Positions 49,979 to 60,959 of a stretch of 64,000 bases of DNA are shown in pieces (within the stretch, counting starts at the first letter, position 1; every line of letters starts with the position of its first letter). The stretch spans positions 682,001-746,000 of the forward strand of contig CDRNST010000130.1 in assembly GCA_977016875.1 (NCBI GenBank), read 5' to 3'. The notes under the pieces were generated by a model. It was given only the letters and a program-made list of their open reading frames with translations, did no database searches and was not told the origin of the DNA. The stretch comes from Pavona decussata (taxonomy: Eukaryota). The translations under genes were made by a program, and so were the position numbers.

Positions 49979-51979
49979 CTAAAAATGCCGGGAAGGAAAA
50001 AGAAGAACCGAACTTGAACCCTTCTTGCCCAAAAGAAAACGATCGACTACGAAAGTTCGGACGGTCGCCCACCAGAAAGGTCTAGGATGAATATCTGGGG
50101 CAATAAGTGAAAATACGCCATGGAATTCTTGGTCGATGACGTAGCGAAGAAAAGGCCCAATAAGAACAAAAGGTGGAAACACGTAAATATTGTGTCCCGA
50201 CGGAAGGGGATTGGAGAAAACGTTGACGCCAGCGGATCCGGGGGTAGACCAAGGCGTGTAGTGGGGAAGGGGGGTACCGTTTCTGTTTCTCTGACAGTTG
50301 CTGTCCAAGGACATTAAATCGAAAGAATGGGGACCGAAAAAACGCTCCACACAAAGCCAAGCTTCAGGAGATAGCGTGCAGTCCAAATCTGAATGCTTTC
50401 GCGAGGGCTCATCAGCGGGATTACTCTTCGAGGGCACGCAGAAAGTTTGAATGCTGAAGTTCTGGTCGGGACTGCAGCGGCGTATCCCCTTGATGACCTT
50501 GTTAACTTCGGAATTCCTGCAACCATCGTTGTCCAGTGCAGACTTGAGGACCTTGTTGTCAACATAGACATCAACACGGGAGTTTGACAACTGCCCTTTA
50601 AAGGAAATAAGGGCATTTAACAGAGCCCTTGACTCCAACAGATTCACATCCGTGACAGACTCAAAAGGCCAGTAATCCCTAGAAACCAACTCCCTTCCGT
50701 CCCGGGACAGGACCGCACCCCAAGCACGTGTCGAGGCATCCGAAAAGAGTGAAACCGATACATGATGCTCGGAGCGCCAAGGGAAACAATCCAACCATTC
50801 ATCGAGGAAACGCCAGTGGAGAACCTCTGCACGGAGGTTTCCTTCAACAGGAACGTGAGGCTTGGAGGAGTGACAAAGTTGCGAGATGGCCTTAAAAATT
50901 TGTCTGACGTAGAGTTTGCAACCGGGAATGGTCAAACTGAAGGAGATCACCTTCCCTGCGAATCTCTGAAGTGTCTTAACACCAACGTAAGAAGACGATA
51001 AAACTTCCTCCCTGAGGACTTTGAACTTTAGCTTCTTGTCAGGCGGGAGTAGGAATGCCTGGCGGGAGGAATCACAAATAAAGCCGAGAAAACGAACCAC
51101 ACTGGTAGGGACACTCTGCGATTTGGCGAGGGCCACAAAGTAACCCGCTTCTATGAGAAGATAACACAAAATATAGGCGGCGGCCTCAGCCAAAACTCTG
51201 CTAGGAGGTAAAAAGGACGCAGCTGGCGCCCGGTAGAGCTGACCAACGTGACGATCATCTATATACTGAGACACAGGGACTCCGAACGAACGTGCTGCAC
51301 TTGTAACCGCAAGGCCAAGGTTGTGGTATATATAGGCACTCGCTTTTCACCCAGACGGGAGAGTACAAAACACAAAATAAACGCCATTCCATTTAAAGCC
51401 AAAAAAGGAACGCGATAAAGGGTGGAGAATAACATGCTGATAGCCGCTTTTATCATCAAATGACGTCTGAAAATAGCCTGGGAGGACGTACCTGGGCAAG
51501 TCTGGAAGGTGGTCCAGCTTAAAGGGGAGGTCTAGTATCCACAAATTCAAAAATCGTTCGTCATGGCACAAACGAGGCTTGGAAGGCTCCACTGTAACGG
51601 GGAGGACCAGATCTGGAGGAGAGATTGCGCCAACCCTGCCCCATATCGCGAGAACCCCAGCGCTTACCCAATCGATGATGGTGTCGGTGATGAAATCCCT
51701 GAATCGCTCACATATCTTTGCGTTCTTAATATGCATGGGAGGGGGAAGCTGCGAATTGTACGAAGAACCTTTAAAGTTCCCCTTGAAGGGCTTGAAGAAA
51801 CAATGGATTTTAACGCCCTCCTTGATTATTTCCATAAAATCCACCTGAGTAGAACTACGCCCGCTGAGCAGGTGTTCCCATACCGGCACATGGTTGTGGA
51901 TTGCGCCCGCTCTGAAGTGCTGAGGGTGAAAGAACCTAAGCTGTTCTAGCATCGCCAAACTTGGGCAGGCTGCGACCAT
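49979..51979 (-). pseudogene. pol: DIRS-type RT, RNase H and methyltransferase-like domain (stop near 51347)
   Basis: KPRLCHD, DDKSGYQHV, QYIDD, FSDAS..WG, NLLE..A, VDN, NPAD.PSR, DLMS..N, YVFPPF. Confidence 0.92.
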
Positions 51980-52356
51980 ACTTGGTGAAGGGAGGGGGCC
52001 AACGAAGGGGTGGGTCCCTGCCTTATATCACACAGCGGAATTACGTCTTTTGAAGAATCTGCGGCAACAGCAACTCTGCCAAAGAAAGACGAAGGGTCCT
52101 AAAGGTGAACAAAGGAAAACCCGAGTGAGAAACCAAAAGGAAGCATGCAGGGAACCCACCCTTCGTTGACCCCGAGCTCCGAACTAGGTCCGAAATTGAG
52201 ACACAGAGCAGGTCCCCGCAAGGTCAACGAAGAGAGCGGATAACGATATGGAAAATAAAAACAAAAATAAATTAATAAAACAAATGAGCCCAGAAACAAC
52301 AATAATTTATTACACCAAAAATACAGGGTGAAACTGTTAAGGGAGCCAAGAAAGAA

Positions 52357-54823
52357 CTAGGAACGCCCGGCTCGTCTGCGACCATTCTGGCGTCTTGGTG
52401 GGATGTTGCGGCAAGAACGGGCATAATGTCCCCATTTCAGGCAGCGAGAGCACTGGACGCTTTGCTGGGGAGGGTAAGGAGATGGCCTGCGGACAACGCA
52501 ATGATAACCAGGCGATGGAGGAGGGGCCTTGCCCACGCCCTTTAAAATGGTGTTTGCTTCTTTAGCAATCTTGGCGCGCACCGGATCTCCTATTAAACCA
52601 AGATACAGCCGCTGCAGCTGAGAATGCTCCAGGACGTCTGATCAGGATCTTATCTCGTCTAGGGCCGCCGCGTACTCGTCCGCCTTCTGAATGGCTCTCA
52701 TACCTGGCGAGTCTGACCAAGGACTGCAGTAGATCTAGCGCCTCAGATCTGTCGAACATGGCGAACGGGCGGCTGACATGCCTTCTCAACGCTGCGAGAG
52801 TGGATTCGGAACTCTCCGACGTTCTCAGCTGCTCCAACGACTTGATTTTATCTTCCAATATCTTTATACGCGCAGTGGCCTAGGACAAATGAAAAACCCA
52901 GTAGGCCCGCGTTAAATCCTGACGTGTTATTATAAACTAGACAACGCATGGTACTTAATTACAATAACATCTTGCTTTCGCGAGCGCTTAACGCGAGAAG
53001 TCACTATGCAACAAACCCCATGCTTCTTGCCTTAACAAGGAGACAATAACATGCTTTTCTCACCAGCGGAATACACAAAGTCGAAACGAAATAGCACGAA
53101 GCACCCACCAGTGCCTAACACAATCCAGCGCAGTGCAAGAATCACGTGACCTCCAGCTGCGATATGCACAAACTATAACGCAACAAACACGCCGCCTTAC
53201 TAGCGGTATCCGCAAACTCTAACGTAAAAAACACGTTGCCTTAGCTTGCAGTATCCGCAAAACCGTAACACAACAAAACGCTGCTACCACAAGCAGCATA
53301 CCCAAAACTGTAACGTAACAAACACAATGCCCTGACTAGCGGTATCCGCCAAATTGTAACGCGCACGCAACAACACGCTGCCTTCACTAGTGGCATCCGC
53401 AAAACTGTAACGCGCACTTAACAACACGTTGCCTTCACTAGTGGTATACTTAAAACGGTAAGACAATTACGTTGTCTTCACTAGTGGTATCCGCCAAATC
53501 GTAACGCAACAAATATGTCGCCTTTACTACTGGTATCCGCCAAACTGTAACGCAACAACACGTTGCCTTCACTAGTGGTATCCGCCAAATTGTAACGCAA
53601 CGACACGTTGCCCTCACTAGTGGTATCCACCAAACTTTAACGCAACGACACCCTGCCTTCACTAGTGGTATCCGCCAAACTGTAACGCAACGACACGTTG
53701 CCTTCACTAGTGGTATACCCTAAACTGTAACGCAACAACACATTGCCTTCACTAGTGGTATCCGCCAAACTGTAACGCAACAACACGTTGCCTTCACTAG
53801 TGGTATCTGCCAAACTGTAACGCAACGACACGTTGCCTTCACTAGTGGTATCCGCCAAACTGTAACGCAACAACAAGTTGCCTTCACCAGTGGTATACCC
53901 GAAACTGTAACGTAACAACACGTTGCCTTTACAAGTGGTATCCGCAAAACTGTAACGCAACAACACGTCGCCTTAACTATATGGTAAACTCAAAACTGTA
54001 ACGCAACAACTATGTTGCCTAAAACAGTGGCAATCGCAAAAACCGTAACGCAACTTACCTGTTTACACAAAAAGCAACACAGTGATAGTGCAAACAAACC
54101 CGCATGCGGTGGCGAAAACGAAATGCCAATACATAAAAGCACGCGAAAACCCAACAAGAGAGCCTAATAGCGAGAAAATGCGCAAACAAAACTAAATTGT
54201 AAAGAAAACCGGCAAATACGAAAAAGGCTGCGAAAATAAACGCCCGACAAACGCCGCGAAAACAAAACAAAAACAATAGCAGATGCATAAACAAAGCAAC
54301 ATAAAAACCGGCAAATACCAAAGCATAAATAAACCCGCACAAGGCGGCGAAAAGAAAAGACCCGAACAATGCCGGGAATAAAATACAAGAAAGCCAAATT
54401 GCGTATAACAAACTGCAAAACATACTGGGCAAAAATAAAACTGAACTGGAGCGCCGCGGAGACGCAAAAAGGCCTAAAAACAATACAAGCATGAAACAAT
54501 AGCCCTGAAACAAAGCTAACGAGGCACACCCAAAAATGAAAAATAAATAAACTAGCGGGAAACGTAGGTACAAGAGCTACGGCGATGAATAGCACTAAAC
54601 ATGGCTAGGACAAGAATGAGCTACCAAAAGAAAAAATTACCTCCTCTCCTGCTCCTCCGGCCGGGGCCGGGTTTGCGTTGGGAATTGGAACTGGCGGTGG
54701 AACAGCTTGGTCGGCCACCGGCGGGTCTTGAACAACTTGAACTTGTGGAGGTTCAACTGCACTTGCAGCAGCCGGCGGGGGAGCGGGCGCCGCCGGTGGC
54801 GGAGGAAGTTCAACATCTGCCAT
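52357..54823 (-). pseudogene. gag: gag, predicted two exons (54641-54823 and 52357-52879), with a CCHC knuckle
   Basis: Phase-0 join GAGEE|ATARIKILEDKIK at GTAATT...TTTGTCCTAG; CSRCLKWGHYARSC; one frameshift near 52690. Confidence 0.7.
53170..54055. repeat. Minisatellite with a unit of about 45 bp, roughly 19 units, inside the predicted gag intron
   Basis: Consensus AAACTGTAACGCAACAACACGTTGCCTTCACTAGTGGTATCCGCC; homogeneous centre and degenerate edges. Confidence 0.92.
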
Positions 54824-55048
54824 AAGAACAAGTCTGCTGGTGGCGGTTGACTGTAAACTAGAAGTGAAATTTGGCCATCATCCCGGAGTACGGTTAAAAA
54901 GACCACGTTTCAAGCGGGGTGGCGAAATATATACTCTAAGGCCGCAAAGCATCACCCTCGCAGCAGGCATGCGCGGAAACGGGGGAATTCAAACACATTA
55001 TGAAAAACTCGGCTATGAGCTAATTAATTATGCAGTGAGAATAATTAT

Positions 55049-55506
55049 ATGACCACGGTCATAAATTTTAACCATGTCAGCAACACATTAACATCTGACC
55101 AAATTGATGAATTAAAATCTTATTAACGTACCTACCATAAAAAATGTGGACTTTTAAAAAACCTTATAAATCCTATAGAAAATGGAAATTGATCGGTAAC
55201 ATCAGTTCTGCAATTATTGCTGCTGGTGGTTTATCCAGTAGTATACCCACTTCAGGTATATCTCTTTTTGTAGCTACTGCTGTTTCAGTTTTTATTCAAA
55301 TATATATGGAACATAAAAATGTTGACATAAAAAATATCAATGGCACTATGCATATCAAACATATGGGCATTTGTTAATATCCAGAAAAGAAATCCCGAGA
55401 AGTGGTGAATTCGATGATAATCTCCAACATGCTGATGATTATCTTTTAGATAATACACCTATTGTTGATAAACAAGCAAGGATGTACGATAAGCTATTTT
55501 ACTGAC
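55049..55506 (+). pseudogene. Polinton 2-TM membrane protein
   Basis: Paralog of 5376-6192; ISSAIIAAGGLSSSIPTSGISLFVATAVSVFIQ; has a stop and a frameshift. Confidence 0.7.
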
Positions 55507-56096
55507 ACACCTATTTCGCCACCAATCGAATCAAATGCACTTTTCCAATATTGTTTATAACTAGCTAAGGTTTGTTTAGACTTAATACAAACAAGCGGAC
55601 TCTGATCTTATCCTATGGCGTCTAAAATTTGTTCCAATAAAAATTTCACACTGATAATACGTTTCCTTTTCCCATTAATATGGGGAAGGATTTTATTTAT
55701 TTCGACAAAAATAAGATGTATCTTAGCCCTCTGTTGATAATTGACTTTGATCATCGATGCTGCCAATAAATCATTAATAGTATTCTGGAGATGATATTTT
55801 GGATTGTAAACACTCTTTGTACGCATACGATAAAGATTCTCTCGGAAATCAACATATTCGTTTACGATTTTATAGCCAGCAACTTGCCCGCAATTTTTAC
55901 AAACTGAATAACCTCTTTCGAGAATTATATAAATATTATCGCAACATAGTTCGTGTTCGTTCGACTGAGGATTTTCAAACTGCTCATAACAGAAAGGACA
56001 ATAAATCTCACCGATATTCTTAAATGCATCGTGGACTTCTGAAAGACATTCTTGTCTTAAAGCTTCAGACTTGTCTGAACCTGAATCACATTTCAT
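55500..56096 (-). pseudogene. VLTF3-like (poxvirus A2-family late transcription factor) zinc-ribbon protein
   Basis: CPFC..CCD..VCKNCG..KSVYNPKYHL...RKRIISVKFLLEQI..IG; frameshift near 55610. Confidence 0.65.
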
Positions 56097-56271
56097 TCTA
56101 TACTATTATACAACATTGTTTAAATAGTGCAAGGGAAAAAAAAGCCTTTGTTCTGTTAGATAAAATCCTTTGATATTCAAATTGTGAAACTTTTTAATAT
56201 TTAAACAGTTTCAATCACTGAAACTCATATTTTCATAAAAAAAACGATAACATTTTCATGGCTGAATAGAG

Positions 56272-56463
56272 TTGACTATGAACAAACATACAATGAAAAC
56301 GATTCAAAGCGACGCACATCGACTTAGGAGCTTTGAGCTTAACAAAGTGTCATTATCTTGCTTCAACGATAAACGATACATACATAAAAATGGTGTCACC
56401 AGTTTCGCTTACGGTCATCATAAAATTCCATTCACGCTAACAGAAAATACAATAAACAACTAG
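56272..56463 (+). pseudogene. polB: pPolB extreme C-terminus fragment
   Basis: MKTIQSDAHRLRSFELNKVSLSCFNDKRYI..GVTSFAYGH. Confidence 0.85.
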
Positions 56464-56756
56464 AAAGATATGCATTGTTTTTACAGCTCTTCAATTTCTT
56501 GTGATGAATCATGAATGGCTTCATTTCTTTGACTTGAAGAAACTGACAACTTTTAGAGTCGTTTCTTGGTCCTTCTTGCTTTCTTTTGTTCCCCATCGTA
56601 GAAACGCTTCATTTTAATTGCGTTAATAATTAACGCAATTTCTTAAAAATAATATGTAAAATGCACTATAAAAAATTACTAACGCAATTTCTCAGGAAAT
56701 TATAAGAAAATGTGCTATGAAAATAACTACGAAAATAACCATCAAAGTAACGCGAT

Positions 56757-57008
56757 GGCTCCATCGTCGCTTTGCTCCTCTTCTTACCTACGCCATCGCA
56801 TAGTTTTGAACGCTTCTCCTCCTCTGCTCACGCATTTCTCACAAAAAATCACTTCACAAGTTTTGGTTCGATACGCGCTGCGCTGCCGGGAAGCTTAACT
56901 CCTGGCTTTGCTTAAGCTATTTGATGCAATCATTTGATGGAGAATTTCTAGCGCAAAAATTATTAGTGTATTTGGAAATGCGCCTAAACCCTTAACTCCC
57001 ATACTACT
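56757..57008 (-). repeat. Polinton terminal inverted repeat (right), ends ACTACT
   Basis: Reverse complement is similar to 18905-19150. Confidence 0.75.
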
Positions 57009-58760
57009 CAGCTTCCATTCCCTCCATAATCTCAAGGATGGCTTTGTCCTTGCTACGCTGTAAAAGCTGACCAGTTACAACAACCAAATAATGGTTATAG
57101 TTTGAATCCGAGGTAACTTTAATTTTTTGGGTTATAGTAACCCAAAAATATTGTTCAGCAGAACCATTTTTTAGTCCTGTTAAAATAACCTTCCTTTGTA
57201 GGTTACATTAACTATACAAAATGGTTGTTTCTAACATCAACCATAGCAGCCTTTTCAGGTCCTTAACAATAGGTTGTTGTGACCATTTTATTTTAAGTTG
57301 AAATGACTTAAAATTTTTGGTCATATTTACTGAGACAAAAACAGTCAAAATTTTTCAACCCATTATTTATGGTTATTGTTAACCCTGTTTTTTGGTTCTG
57401 GTGGTGAATCTGTGGTAACCTATTTAAATTAGTTAACAGGAGGTTGATATAACCATTCCTTATGGGTTATAAAAATAGGTTGTTTTCACTAATAATAATG
57501 GATTACAATAACTTCACAATAATATTTATTTAAAATGTTTTTAATGGTTATTATAAGTTACGTGTTCAATTCTCTTCACCCAAAAAAATGGGTTACAACA
57601 ATTGCACGACAAAGGTTAATATAAACATGGCAGTCAGTATTTCTCTTACCTCTCTACCTACAGCTATCTAGAGTATGACCAATAAATTGATTGGCCATTA
57701 TTTTCGTCAAGATCAGTTGCAAACTTTACTGTGAACCATATAATGATACTTATGTTAATAAGTGGTAAAACACCTTTCCATATTACAATGTAAAAGGTTA
57801 CTTTTCCTAAGTAACATAAACTTAAGCACAGAAAATTTGAGCATTCTAATTTCCATGTAACTGATCTTTTTCAGATCTGAAAGTGATATTGTTTTGTTTT
57901 GGAAGAGAAGAATTCAGCTGTCTGTAGAACATGCTTTGCCAGATATACATGTTTGATGGTGAAGGCTAATTAAAATTGTATTTGAGATATAGACCAAACA
58001 CTAATAAGAGTGAAGCCTTCACCTTCAATAAATCTGACAAAACATATTCTACAGACAGTGGAAGAGCTGCACTTGCCTGACCAAGCAACATACTGTATGC
58101 TCTAAAAAGAAAAAAACATTTTTGTCGGTTCCACCAATACCCTTTGAAAATTCCATGTTAAAGGAATAAAAACTACCCAAGAGGGTAGCCACTGCTGTTA
58201 GAATACTTGGTGGCCGGAATCTGTAAACCACCATGCCTTCCGAGGCCAGACAGTTCATTTAAATTATTGATTTCCCCAATGATGTTGTCTTCTATCAGCT
58301 TCTCAAGTACTTTATCCATATCTTCCTGCTGCAATGTAGAAGAAAAATAATTGTTAGTATGCTTAGCTGGTAATTTGGAATCACAAGTTCAGAAGCACAT
58401 CTGAGATGGTTGTTAGGGGCTGATGTAGAAGTTCAGGGGCTTATATGAGCATTCATCCTTTCAGAAATGGGCCCAATGTAAAATCAATTATGTTCTTCTT
58501 GACTTGTGTTTATTACCTACCTTTGCTCTCTTCCAAAAGGAACTGTCAGGAAGCTGTGCCCCCTTTTTTTGGCACCAAATAAATATGGCAGTCCAGCCAT
58601 TATGTAGCAGTTTTGAACTTCTAAAATTAGAGAAAATAAAAATAGTCCATGTTAAAATTACCAGAAAATAACTAAAATGAGTGTGTACTGTGTATACCTC
58701 ACTATATGGTTGACTAAAGACCATGTAAATGCTATTTTTTTGCACTGATTTTCACACTGG

Positions 58761-58900
58761 CATTAGTAGGTGGTGGTGCTGGCGGTGGTGGCAGTGGTGG
58801 TGGTAGTAGCAGTAGTAGTAGTAGTAGTAAACTTTAGTTAAGTGTCAATCGTTCTAGCGTTTCACACGCTAATTGGTGACACGAACTAAAAACTAAGAAA
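58761..58900 (-). repeat. LINE 3' end with an (ACT)n/(ACC)n tail
   Basis: Trinucleotide microsatellite adjoining an L2-like terminal stem-loop sequence. Confidence 0.4.
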
Positions 58901-59245
58901 AACAATAAAATGTTGTATAAATTGAAGTCCTTATTCTAAATAAAACTCTACTTTAAAACTAATTCTTATAAAACCCTAGTTAAAAACGTATTCAAAAACG
59001 TACCTAATCACATAATTATGGTCATTTATCTTCCTAAATTAACTATAAAGTAAATAGCATGTTTTGCAAGTCCCATGGTCAATTAAATGCGTTGTCTCTT
59101 TTCCTTATCTGATGTTTAAAAGTGCTCACTCTATCCATACCACGTCCCTCCCTTGTCAACTTTTGTCATTACAGAAAAAGGGTTCAAAATGAAACTGTGT
59201 TGAATAGAGCAGCATACCATATTAAAGCAATAATATCCAAGATGT

Positions 59246-59312
59246 GGTAAAAGTGAAGAACTGCTCACCTCCACTGACCGTCAGTGGAGGTGAGCTGTTC
59301 TTCACTTTTACC
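59246..59312. mobile_element. 67-bp pure-hairpin insertion with an 8-bp TSD
   Basis: 33-bp arms with one mismatch and a 1-nt loop; CAAGATGT at 59238-59245 and 59313-59320. Confidence 0.85.
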
Positions 59313-59724
59313 CAAGATGTTACATGTATACTTCATTAAAAGTTAGTAACTTTAGCTTATTAAACCCACCATTTTCATTACTAATGTCAAGTCCTTCTGC
59401 ATGCTCCATTATCTCCATTACATCCTTGTTCTCAGACTTTCTGAGAACAGTGAGAAGGCTTGCCCTGCATTCTCCCTCAAACCCTTCCCGTATGGCCTTG
59501 GTAATGTCAGGCTTTTGCATGATTCTCCCAAGCTCTGCTCTAATCTGTATGGAATATCACTATATTCAATTAATTTTAATAAAAAACCACTTATCGGATA
59601 AACATCCAAAGTTAAAAAAAGAACACTGTAAGTTTATTCAATTTTTTACTGGATAAATGCATGGCTTGATGTGCTTGGCATGTTGAAAGTTGAGGCCAGG
59701 TTTCCCAAGGTTGGAAGGAAAATA

Positions 59725-59876
59725 CTAAGAACTAGGGCCCAGTTGCATATAGCAACTTAAAACTAAGTGGGACTTTCTGCAACCATTCCATGTGTCCCAG
59801 TGGTCAGAGCAGGACTTGAACCCAGGACCTCTGGATTTCAAGTCGGGGGTCCTAACCACTGGACCACGCTGCCTCC
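59725..59876 (-). mobile_element. tRNA-derived SINE, internally deleted
   Basis: GGAGGCAGCG-TGGTCCAGTGG (A box)...GGTTCAAGTCC (B box), with no acceptor stem. Confidence 0.75.
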
Positions 59877-60344
59877 TTATGGTGTATAGGCAACAAGCTA
59901 AATGTTTTTGCAAGGCATGACAAAGGTGTATCACACTGTATATGTGACATATTTATGTGAAAAAAAATGCACGATATGACATGGCAAAAGCAACCCACCG
60001 ACAGCAGTGCGGAAAAAGACACTAAAAGACGTAAACTTCTACAAGAGCATTGAAACTACAGGAAACCACACAAAAGACAGACCAGACCTCTAGTCCATTG
60101 CGCGCGTCATTTGAAAGGTTCATTCAGTCAAAACTAAAAGCCTCCTAGAGGTGTATGTATACCCAGTTTGAAAATATAAAAACAGGCTTAACTAATCAAT
60201 GACATCAATTAGTAATCAATGGGTTATCAATGAGTAATCAATTGATTACTCGTCGAGTATTGTCAATACTCAATTTTGTATTCAATGACCCACAAAATTT
60301 TGGGTCATTGATTAGTCATTGCATTGCAAAAAAAGAGACCTGTG

Positions 60345-60845
60345 TTGACGGTCCAGACATGACTCGTAAGCTCACGATAATGTGGAACATGACCTTTAGA
60401 GTTTTGCTCTAACAAGTTTATCCCCCAAGAATTTTTTCTTTTTTGTAAGAAATAGGGGCAGGCTCTGTATATTTCTCTTAGCAATGGTTGGTTCTGAATT
60501 GAATTCCGTTTGCTCATTAAGATGTTTTTAAGATTGGGCAACGTAGGGTGGTACATTGTTATGAAAGGAGGAATTTGTTTTCGCATGTTACATGTATCCT
60601 TTTGCTGGAAAGATGACTTTCGTTCATTGAATTTTACCTCGGAAATTATTTTCTCAACGAGATTGTGAGTGTAGCCTCTGGGACAAAGGCATGCTTTGAA
60701 GTTGTTGATATTATCACTGAATGATTTTGCTGAAGAATTTGTTCTTTAGTCTCAGGGCTTCACCTTTTATGAGCCCTTTTATGACCTCTGGTGGGTAGCA
60801 GGAAAAACAATTGGTGTACTGGAAGGTCTCTGTTGATTTAAAATG
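60345..60845 (-). mobile_element. Penelope-like element 3' fragment (RT thumb region)
   Basis: HFKSTETFQYT..SC.P..KG.IKGEALRL, RGY, PFITMYHP, DKLVRAKL-stop. Confidence 0.75.
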
Positions 60846-60959
60846 AGTAATCAATGAACTGTCTGGAACAAGACATAATCAGAAGAAAAAAAATTGTTTG
60901 CATGGTAAATAAAACAAAGGATCGAATAACAATCAAAAGCGATACTTATTGTGACAATC

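Larger units (their letters stand above)
48551..55043 (-). mobile_element. Tyrosine-recombinase retrotransposon (DIRS order, PAT-like) with split direct repeats A1...B1-A2-B2
   Basis: A1 about 54860-55043; B1 48875-48941; A2 about 48690-48878; B2 48551-48619. Encodes gag, RT, RH, MT and YR. AATA core at both junctions. Confidence 0.92.
46559..57008 (+). mobile_element. Polinton segment C with right TIR; internally deleted and interrupted by a YR retrotransposon
   Basis: polB core, fibre 3' end, small fibre-like gene, 2-TM gene, VLTF3-like gene, polB C-terminus, and a TIR ending ACTACT. Confidence 0.85.
57056..59545 (-). mobile_element. CMC-EnSpm (CACTA) remnant with accessory-ORF exons
   Basis: CGCTGTAAAA terminus and dense TAACC/GGTTA subterminal repeats to about 57620; exon reading ILTAVATLLGSFYSFNMEF..VFFFLEH. 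Confidence 0.5.

Noticed and set aside
53170-54055. CRISPR array, or protein-coding repeat ORFs 53284-53966
   Set aside because: Head-to-tail units with no unique spacers and no cas genes. The ORFs arise because 45 is a multiple of 3.
54055-54595. Multi-pass membrane protein ORFs
   Set aside because: The Phe/Leu/Cys richness is a by-product of the T-rich strand in all three frames, inside the predicted intron.
18905-57008. A single 38-kb Polinton bounded by the two inverted TIRs
   Set aside because: The TIRs are substantially diverged, the flanks (GGCTGA vs CAGCTT) are not a 6-bp TSD, and the interior holds redundant gene copies and unrelated DNA. Separate insertions are more likely.
59795-59876. 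tRNA gene
   Set aside because: A and B boxes are present but there is no acceptor-stem pairing, and a SINE-like body follows.
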